Virus record (IMG/VR): IMGVR_UViG_3300045988_022706 | Direction: 5' to 3' (one strand) | Source: a virus | DNA: 5,876 nucleotides | Shown here: positions 1 through 4,808 of the stretch, in pieces | Numbering within the stretch: position 1 is the first letter of the stretch | Layout of the letters: every line of letters starts with the position of its first letter | Program-made: the position numbers and the translations under genes | The notes under the pieces: model-generated | What the model was told of the DNA's origin: nothing | The model's input: only the letters and a program-made list of their open reading frames with translations | Database searches by the model: none

Positions 1-55
1 GCAAGGTTGCTCAGTAGTCCGCTCATCATTTGCAGTGCGTTTGCGGTGTTTACGC
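1..55. repeat. Terminal redundancy: 1-55 is identical to 5822-5876 (55/55 nt). It marks circular closure of a 5821-nt genome rather than a biological terminal repeat.
   Basis: Direct comparison of the first and last 55 nt of the window shows them identical. An ORF (VP2) continues in frame across this junction. Confidence 0.95.
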
Positions 56-281
56 TGCTTTGGTTGCCGAATGTGGTAATACCTGTTGGCGTGCCGATTT
101 GTGTTGCACCGATTTGCTGCGGTGCTGTTACACTGCCTGTTGTGGTCTCGCTGCCTGTTGTGGTCTCGCTGCCTGCCTCTTGGCTGTTCTTGGCGCCGCT
201 TTGGTTACTGCTTGTTATGATGCCTGTTAACATGCTCAGTCCTTGCATGAGGTATGGCATAAAGCTTAATAATGTCTCCAT
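1..281 (-). CDS. VP2: 5' (N-terminal) part of the minor capsid / DNA pilot protein VP2. The longest ORF starts at the ATG at 279-281; alternative ATGs lie at 258-260, 246-248 and 231-233. It is continuous in frame with 5230..5850 through the circular junction, and codons at 30-55 are duplicated at 5851-5876. The full protein is about 290 aa.
   Basis: Manual minus-strand translation from 281 to 30 gives METLLSFMPYLMQGLSMLTGIITSSNQSGAKNSQEAGSETTGSETTGSVTAPQQIGATQIGTPTGITTFGNQKQRKHRNALQ, followed directly by MMSGLL... at position 29, which equals 5850. There is no stop for 84 codons in this frame. An AAGGA motif lies 6 nt upstream of the ATG at 231-233. Confidence 0.6.
   Translation of the reverse strand, partial: METLLSFMPYLMQGLSMLTGIITSSNQSGAKNSQEAGSETTTGSETTTGSVTAPQQIGATQIGTPTGITTFGNQSSVNTANALQMMSGLLSNL
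133..175. repeat. In-frame 18-bp tandem repeat of ctgcctgttgtggtctcg, about 2.4 copies, inside the VP2 N-terminal region. It encodes the Thr/Ser/Gly-rich stretch ...GSETTGSETTGS...
   Basis: Exact copies at 133-150 and 151-168 and a partial copy at 169-175, read directly from the sequence. Confidence 0.9.
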
Positions 282-309
282 TCAAAAATAGCCCCGCTTT
301 TGCGGGGCT
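282..309 (-). terminator. Rho-independent terminator on the viral strand immediately after the VP1 stop codon. The stem is AGCCCCGC/GCGGGGCT (8 bp, GC-rich) with a 4-nt loop, followed by ATTTTTGA.
   Basis: Perfect inverted repeat at 290-297 and 302-309, with loop tttt at 298-301. On the minus strand the hairpin is followed by a T5 run. The VP1 stop TAA is at 320-322, 10 nt upstream. Confidence 0.75.
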
Positions 310-319
310 TCCTCCTTTC

Positions 320-1993
320 TTAGATTCTTTCGATGCCCGGAATGCTGTAGATGGGCATTTCGCGATACCAGTCTTCCGTGAAATAGAAGTCACACAAGAA
401 TTGGTGGCTTTTTTCGCTCGTCACTGCAATTGTTCGGTCAACGTTCTGCGTTCCTTCCTGAATCCACTCCGCCGAGAGACGCGGGAGTTTGTCATAATCG
501 TCCGCATAGTGCCATGCATCCAGTGACGTCTGATAGTTAGACCGCATTTCTCCGGTTACGTAAGAAGGCTTGTAGCGGTAATCTGCCCATGCCTCTTGAT
601 AGCCAAAGATTTCGTCATCTTCTGCCGTGCCTTGTGCATAGATTTCACGATTATACACCGGCTGTTCGCCCAGTGCTGCTAGACGCGGGTCGTAGTAGGT
701 GAATCGCCCGCCACGTGTCCACTTGGTTGCAAGCCCCTGCTGGTAGCTGTGCTCTACTCGTACCACTGCCAGTCCGATGATGTAGCCGTATTCGGTTGCT
801 GCATAGTCTACCATCTGCTTGCTGCACGTGGTCAAGCTGTATGCTGCCGTATTGCCTAGTGCCTGTCCGGTTGTCGGGTCTGTTTGGCTCGTCTGGACGA
901 CTTGGTTTACATTGATTGCGATGCGCTGACCGCCGATGTACTCAGGAATTTGAAGCCTGCTGTCTGGACTTGTTACGCCCCATGTGCCGGAAAGGAACTC
1001 GCGATAGCGCGTGCCGTTGCGTGCATCTGCCTCAAAGATGTGCTGCAGTGCGATGCTCATTCGTAAATCTGCAATGCTGATTGCGCTTACTCCGCTTAGG
1101 TCTGCTGACAGAATTCCTTGTCTTCCTGTTTCTCCGTTTGCGTCCGTTCCGATAATGTTTGCGTATTGGTTCGGATTTGGCCGCGTTGTCATGTTTTGAT
1201 TGAATATGTAATTTTTATGGCTAGCTGCACTCGCTGTGTTGAAGTAGATAGATTTACTATCTGTGTATAGGTTTCCGTCTATATCCTTTAACTGTACTGG
1301 TGCATCACCCGCTAGGCTGATTTCTACAGGGTCATTTTTTAACGGCGTTGGGAGACAGGATGTGTAATAGTCGTGGAATTTTCCGGCCTTTGCCGGAAAT
1401 CGTGCGTATGCGGTCCCTTCATTTATGTTTGTCGTCAGGCTCGGTTTGTTTAAGTAGAATTCTTTGGTTGCGTTTCCGGGATTGGGTTCTTTTCCCGCGT
1501 CATCGGTTTTTTTGAACCCTACCATTAACGGTGCTTCTAGATTTTCATCTCTGAACCATTCGTTATAAATCATGGCATATGCGCGTGCCGGCAGTGCGTT
1601 TACCTTGATTTCATTTTTGATTCCGGTTGGCAGTCCGAAATAGTCTCCTAAACTGCCACTCACTAGGCCGCTTTGGCCGCCGATTTTGCAAGTCGGTGTG
1701 CTATATTCTGTCTTTTCTGCCCAGTAGTCGGTGTCATTCTCGCCGAACATGTTCTCCCAGTGTTCCCAGAGTAGACGGCATGGAACAAAGAAGAAATAGG
1801 TGTCCATGTACGCGTTATCCATGATAGGATAGATGGGTGTACTCATGCGGATAAGGCCGTTCAGGCGTACACGTGCTGTATCACCTGGAAGCACTTCGTC
1901 ACAGTAGATGGGTACCAGTTCGCCTTCGTTGATGGTCGTTAAGAGCTGGTGGCTTCGGTCAAACTTGCTTCGCGGTCTTTCCATTCGTGGCAC
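320..1993 (-). CDS. VP1: Microviridae major capsid protein VP1 (F-like). The ORF track starts at a GTG at 1991-1993; the more likely ATG start is at 1982-1984 (MERPRSKFDRSH...).
   Basis: 557-aa ORF. Its N-terminus contains the family-typical motifs FDRSH, LVPIYCDEVLPGDT, STPIYPIMDN and YFFFVPCRLLW, and its size matches gokushovirus VP1 proteins (about 530-570 aa). Confidence 0.95.
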   Translation of the reverse strand: MPRMERPRSKFDRSHQLLTTINEGELVPIYCDEVLPGDTARVRLNGLIRMSTPIYPIMDNAYMDTYFFFVPCRLLWEHWENMFGENDTDYWAEKTEYSTPTCKIGGQSGLVSGSLGDYFGLPTGIKNEIKVNALPARAYAMIYNEWFRDENLEAPLMVGFKKTDDAGKEPNPGNATKEFYLNKPSLTTNINEGTAYARFPAKAGKFHDYYTSCLPTPLKNDPVEISLAGDAPVQLKDIDGNLYTDSKSIYFNTASAASHKNYIFNQNMTTRPNPNQYANIIGTDANGETGRQGILSADLSGVSAISIADLRMSIALQHIFEADARNGTRYREFLSGTWGVTSPDSRLQIPEYIGGQRIAINVNQVVQTSQTDPTTGQALGNTAAYSLTTCSKQMVDYAATEYGYIIGLAVVRVEHSYQQGLATKWTRGGRFTYYDPRLAALGEQPVYNREIYAQGTAEDDEIFGYQEAWADYRYKPSYVTGEMRSNYQTSLDAWHYADDYDKLPRLSAEWIQEGTQNVDRTIAVTSEKSHQFLCDFYFTEDWYREMPIYSIPGIERI

Positions 1994-2009
1994 TTGTGCG
2001 AAATGGTTC

Positions 2010-2435
2010 TCACTGTTTCGGTTCGTTGTCTTTCACCTCTTCCTTTTTTTCTTCCTCTTTCGGCTTCGGCTGTTCGGTCTGTTGCATCTGTTTCAGCTGT
2101 TCCAGCGTTTTGTCTGCAGCCTCGGCTTTTTCGTGCATCGTCATGATATCCTTCGGCAGATTTTCGAGGTCAGTTCCTTCGGTGTATACCATGCTTTTTG
2201 CTTTGATGCTGGTGTCCCCTGCTTCCAGCCGTGCGATTGCGCTTGCAAGGTCGTAGCCCTCGCCGGCTCGCTGGATTTTCTCGTATGTGTTTTCATCCGG
2301 CTGCTCGATGTAGTCGGTAGTGCCGTTCGTTTGCTTTACTGCTTTCCACGTTGGCGCGGTCTTGCTGCCCGGATTGTTCGGCACTCTCTCGGTCGGTAGT
2401 CCATAGTATCTTACCATTGCATCAGGATTTAACAT
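2010..2435 (-). CDS. Hypothetical 141-aa protein immediately upstream of VP1. It is acidic with a Lys/Glu-rich low-complexity C-terminal tail. It may be an internal scaffolding (VP3-like) or accessory protein, but this is unassigned.
   Basis: ATG start at 2433-2435 and TGA stop at 2010-2012. It is on the same strand as all other genes, overlaps the upstream ORF by 14 nt, and ends 16 nt before VP1. Confidence 0.55.
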   Translation of the reverse strand: MLNPDAMVRYYGLPTERVPNNPGSKTAPTWKAVKQTNGTTDYIEQPDENTYEKIQRAGEGYDLASAIARLEAGDTSIKAKSMVYTEGTDLENLPKDIMTMHEKAEAADKTLEQLKQMQQTEQPKPKEEEKKEEVKDNEPKQ

Positions 2436-2709
2436 TGGTTGTCTCCTTCAGGTCGATTAGCCGTGCGATGTGTTCAGGCATTGCTTCGCTCATGTAGCCG
2501 GTTTCTGTGTCGAACTCACCCAGTTCTACGAGCGAAATATCTTCGATTTCACTCGGTTTGCTTTCGTTGGCCTTCCATCGTGCCGTTCGGACTGCCTGTG
2601 CCCTGTTGTTCTGCAGAAACGGCTGAGAGTAGCCGTTGGTCAATGCATCGTGGAATGAATAGAATTTCAGTTTCATGTTTTTCCCCTTACTCTTTGTCTT
2701 TGTTTGCAT
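2422..2709 (-). CDS. Hypothetical protein, 95 aa from the ATG at 2707-2709. The more likely start is the internal ATG at 2674-2676 (84 aa, MKLKFYSF...), which is preceded by AAGGGG at a 4-nt spacing. It contains a ...SLVELGEFDTETG... segment and may be a VP3/VP5-like accessory protein, but this is unassigned.
   Basis: The ORF is in the gene-strand orientation and is packed tightly against its neighbours with overlaps. A Shine-Dalgarno-like AAGGGG lies at 2681-2686. Confidence 0.5.
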   Translation of the reverse strand: MQTKTKSKGKNMKLKFYSFHDALTNGYSQPFLQNNRAQAVRTARWKANESKPSEIEDISLVELGEFDTETGYMSEAMPEHIARLIDLKETTNVKS

Positions 2710-2803
2710 CCTTCAGTGCGTGGTAGATTTCGTCGAGCTTTTCAAGGATGTTCATCATCAGTGCAATTGCTTCCCTAACGTCCTTGACCTTGATTAATGC
2801 CAT
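2687..2803 (-). CDS. Small 38-aa ORF (MALIKVKDVREAIALMMNILEKLDEIYHALKDANKDKE). It is predicted to be helical and is not in the ORF track because of the size cut-off.
   Basis: Manual translation gives an ATG at 2801-2803 preceded by GAAGG at a 6-nt spacing. The TAA stop at 2687-2689 sits immediately before the SD and ATG of the next gene, a pattern typical of translational coupling. Confidence 0.3.
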   Translation of the reverse strand: MALIKVKDVREAIALMMNILEKLDEIYHALKDANKDKE

Positions 2804-2833
2804 TTTACGCCTTCTTTCTTTTGTTTGTATCGT

Positions 2834-2950
2834 TTACAGCCGGATGCCGCCCCGTGATACCTTCGGTCGGACGTTGATGTTTTTTACTCGCTTGGCAGTC
2901 TGAGTAAATTTTTTCTGGTCGCCATGACCCGCTCCGCTTCTGTGTGCCAT
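2834..2950 (-). CDS. Small, highly basic 38-aa ORF (MAHRSGAGHGDQKKFTQTAKRVKNINVRPKVSRGGIRL). It is a candidate J/VP8-like DNA-binding (genome-packaging) protein.
   Basis: Manual translation gives an ATG at 2948-2950, 2 nt after the peptidase stop, with a GGGGG motif 7 nt upstream and a TAA stop at 2834-2836. The protein has 6 K, 6 R and 2 H against a single D. It is the same size as the phiX174 J protein (38 aa). It is not in the ORF track because of the size cut-off. Confidence 0.4.
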   Translation of the reverse strand: MAHRSGAGHGDQKKFTQTAKRVKNINVRPKVSRGGIRL

Positions 2951-2952
2951 TT

Positions 2953-3354
2953 TTACACCCCCTTTCTGTATTTTTTCTCGGTTCGCACATCAAAGTGCAC
3001 CCAAGTGTTGTATACGATAATGCCGCATTCATCCGGGACGATTTCATTCAGTTTGTTTGCAAGTTCTTTTGCGCTCATGCCATTGACCCGGATATCTGCT
3101 GCCATACCGCACATGTGGTAGCTGTATTTTGCTCCGTTGCATTTTTTGTTCCACTCTGGTGTTCTGTATCCGCTGTTTATGTGTACTGGCTTTCCAATTT
3201 TGTTTCTTAGAATGTCAAGTATCGACACCAAGTGGTCGTCTACATAAACCACTTGTGAACCGTCTTTACATGCAAATTCTTGTACTTTAAAGTGCTGTCC
3301 TATTTTTTTGTTTGCTTCTTTGTCCATGATATAGCATTTAATCATCTTTGTCAA
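2953..3354 (-). CDS. Peptidase M15 family zinc D-Ala-D-Ala carboxypeptidase-like cell-wall hydrolase, the likely lysis enzyme. The track ORF begins at a TTG at 3352-3354; the more likely start is the ATG at 3343-3345, preceded by AAAGGAGA, giving a 130-aa protein.
   Basis: The protein carries the motifs F-KVQEFACKDG, SGYRTPEWN, HMCGMAADI and WVHFD, which are characteristic of the peptidase_M15_3 zinc-binding H/D/H triad. Confidence 0.85.
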   Translation of the reverse strand: MTKMIKCYIMDKEANKKIGQHFKVQEFACKDGSQVVYVDDHLVSILDILRNKIGKPVHINSGYRTPEWNKKCNGAKYSYHMCGMAADIRVNGMSAKELANKLNEIVPDECGIIVYNTWVHFDVRTEKKYRKGV

Positions 3355-3535
3355 TCTCCTTTTCGGTAAAACATGTTCCTACTTTGCGGACTTGGTATAA
3401 AGAGTAGATTCCTGGATTTGCTTCTGCGTATTCTTTGAATGTTTTCTTTGCTGCTTTTGGTTCTGCTGTGACTAGTCGGATGGTGGTCACTTTTCCGTTT
3501 TTTTCTAGCTTTCGGATTTCATATACGTGCATCAT
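3338..3535 (-). CDS. Hypothetical 65-aa protein, the first gene downstream of the promoter. Its stop overlaps the peptidase start in the sequence ATGATTAAATG.
   Basis: ATG start at 3533-3535 preceded by AAAGGAAGG at a spacing of about 8 nt. It is on the coding strand and immediately downstream of a consensus promoter. No recognisable domain was seen. Confidence 0.5.
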   Translation of the reverse strand: MMHVYEIRKLEKNGKVTTIRLVTAEPKAAKKTFKEYAEANPGIYSLYQVRKVGTCFTEKEIDKDD

Positions 3536-3562
3536 GGTTTTCGCCTTCCTTTCTGTGATTAT

Positions 3563-3591
3563 ATTTTATCATTTTTTTTAAAAAAAGTCAA
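3563..3591 (-). promoter_or_regulatory. Sigma70-type promoter on the viral strand: -35 TTGACT (3586-3591), a 17-nt spacer, and an extended -10 TGATAAAAT (-10 hexamer 3563-3568, TG at 3570-3571). It is preceded by an A8 UP-like tract (3593-3600).
   Basis: The motif was read directly on the reverse complement. The spacing and the hexamers match the consensus at 5/6 and 5/6 positions, and an extended -10 TG is present. The predicted transcription start is about 20 nt before the ATG of the 65-aa ORF. Confidence 0.6.
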
Positions 3592-3648
3592 GTTTTTTTT
3601 AGAATTTTAATTGATATATTAGTAACTCGGTTTTGCTCCTTTGTTTTG

Positions 3649-3717
3649 AAAGCGCTTTAGCGCTCTGCCGTGTGTAGCGTATGCGGAACTCGGCTAAATC
3701 CATTCCTTTTTAGCGCT
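3649..3717. promoter_or_regulatory. Cluster of the palindromic hexamer AGCGCT at 3651-3656, 3659-3664 and 3712-3717, plus the variant TAGCGT at 3675-3680. It includes a 10-bp palindrome AAAGCGCTTT (3649-3658) and lies just downstream of the VP4 stop. It could be an operator or a weak terminator hairpin (AGCGC-TAAA-GCGCT).
   Basis: Seen directly in the sequence. The function is inferred only. Confidence 0.3.
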
Positions 3718-3724
3718 GTGCGCG

Positions 3725-4729
3725 TCATGCTTTTGGTTCACGCCACTTTTGCTTTAGCTTGTCTTTTTCTTTTTGAATGTTGAGATACGTTTCGTAATCT
3801 ACGCTTGTGCTCTGTTCGAGATTGACTAAACTTTGTATTGCGCTGCGTCTACGTTTGGCTCTAACCTCTCTCAGCTCGTCAGAATGTGCTCTAAAATAGC
3901 TTTCTGTGTCTTGGCTGGTATCTTTATCTAGAATCTTATCAAAATAGCGTGGAGGCCTTTTCTCGCGTCCTCCTGCGCATATGATGCTATCTGTTTTTAG
4001 GATTTCATCTTTGTGTTCGTTTAGATACTTTTCGCCGATGCCTTTTGACATGATTCTAAATTCAGGTTCTCTACCTTCCATCCAGTATTTTGCCGCTTGC
4101 TCTGCACCTATGGCTTTTTTGTTGACGTACTGTGCCACGTATGCAAAACTTCCTGGTTGTGCTGGTGAAAAGTCTATCATGCCTTTGCCCCAGATTTTTT
4201 GTAACCATTCCGACTTGAAATAGCTATTTCCTTTTTGGTTTTTATACCATTGTGCATCCGGTGGCTTTAATCCGAATACTATTGCATGATAGTGCGGTCT
4301 TTTTGTTCTGTCGCCGTATTCAGCCGCTAGGAAGTATTTTATCGGTTTCTTGTATGCTTTTCGTAGCCGTTTTATAAACAGCTGTACGTCTCGCTTATTC
4401 ACTGTCTGGCTTTGAATGCTTCTGTAGCCTTTGAGAATCTCGCCGTATGGGATGTGCTCATCATCATATGTCAGTGTTAGAAAAATCACATCGTCCCACT
4501 CTTTGGCCTCTAGCTCTATTCTGGTTGCCCATTGTTCAGCCATTTGTTTCCGGCAATATTCGCACTTACCACATGGTAACAATGCGAATTTTCCTTTTTT
4601 GATTCCGTCCATGATGTCTGCTTGCAGTCCTTGCTTGGATAGGTTTTCTAGACTTCCCCACAGTTGTGGTTTTTTCGTGTCCATCTGAAATACTAATGGT
4701 TTTGTACATGGCATTTTTGTTACCGGCAC
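3725..4729 (-). CDS. VP4: Microviridae replication initiation protein VP4 (A-like HUH rolling-circle endonuclease). The track start is a GTG at 4727-4729; an ATG at 4712-4714 is an alternative start.
   Basis: The 334-aa protein carries a C-x2-C-x2-C motif in CGKCEYC, motif I FLTLTYDD, the HUH motif PHYHAIVFG, and the double-tyrosine motif YVAQYVNKK. Confidence 0.93.
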   Translation of the reverse strand: MPVTKMPCTKPLVFQMDTKKPQLWGSLENLSKQGLQADIMDGIKKGKFALLPCGKCEYCRKQMAEQWATRIELEAKEWDDVIFLTLTYDDEHIPYGEILKGYRSIQSQTVNKRDVQLFIKRLRKAYKKPIKYFLAAEYGDRTKRPHYHAIVFGLKPPDAQWYKNQKGNSYFKSEWLQKIWGKGMIDFSPAQPGSFAYVAQYVNKKAIGAEQAAKYWMEGREPEFRIMSKGIGEKYLNEHKDEILKTDSIICAGGREKRPPRYFDKILDKDTSQDTESYFRAHSDELREVRAKRRRSAIQSLVNLEQSTSVDYETYLNIQKEKDKLKQKWREPKA

Positions 4730-4756
4730 AAGCTTCCTTGTCTATCTTGTGCCGGT
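4722..4756. promoter_or_regulatory. 11-bp perfect inverted repeat ACCGGCACAAG / CTTGTGCCGGT with a 13-nt spacer, straddling the annotated VP4 start codon. The SD-like AAGGAAG of the mRNA falls in the loop.
   Basis: 4722-4732 is the reverse complement of 4746-4756. A regulatory role in VP4 translation or transcription is inferred. Confidence 0.4.
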
Positions 4757-4790
4757 TGACACCTCGCTTTCTTTTTATATTAACTTGTTG

Positions 4791-4808
4791 TAGTAGTAGT
4801 AGTAGTAG
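4791..4808. repeat. (TAG)6 trinucleotide microsatellite, which reads (CTA)6 on the viral strand, in the region upstream of VP4.
   Basis: The sequence tagtagtagtagtagtag was read directly. Confidence 0.9.

Noticed and set aside
7-291. Plus-strand 94-aa Cys-rich ORF (and the overlapping 30..230 ORF) at the window start.
   Set aside because: It is antisense to the VP2 N-terminal coding region. Every recognisable gene is on the other strand. Its cysteine/leucine-rich low-complexity sequence is typical of a shadow ORF, and it has no start context.
205-393. 62-aa minus-strand ORF overlapping the VP1 3' end and the terminator.
   Set aside because: It overlaps VP1 in a different frame and spans the terminator hairpin. 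It has no support.
1908-2726. Plus-strand ORFs (163, 65, 89, 95 and 62 aa) opposite the 141-aa and 84-aa genes.
   Set aside because: They are antisense shadows of a purine-rich coding strand, with Leu/Phe/Ser/Cys-rich low-complexity translations.
2805-3047. 80-aa minus-strand ORF (basic) in the ORF track.
   Set aside because: Its first 95 nt overlap the 3' end of the M15 peptidase gene in another frame and it has no RBS. The region is better explained by the 38-aa basic ORF (2834..2950), which starts 2 nt after the peptidase stop with an SD-like motif. Some residual uncertainty remains, because both frames encode basic peptides.
4756-4783. Plus-strand TTGACA ... TATATT promoter-like pair.
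   Set aside because: The spacing is only 14 nt and it would drive antisense transcription into the iterons with no downstream gene. It is probably fortuitous.
4776-4795. Resemblance to the phiX174 origin core (AACTTG / ATATTAA) in TATATTAACTTGTTG.
   Set aside because: The motif is on the window plus strand, which is the non-viral strand here, and the order of the two halves is swapped relative to the phiX ori. It is most likely coincidence in AT-rich DNA.
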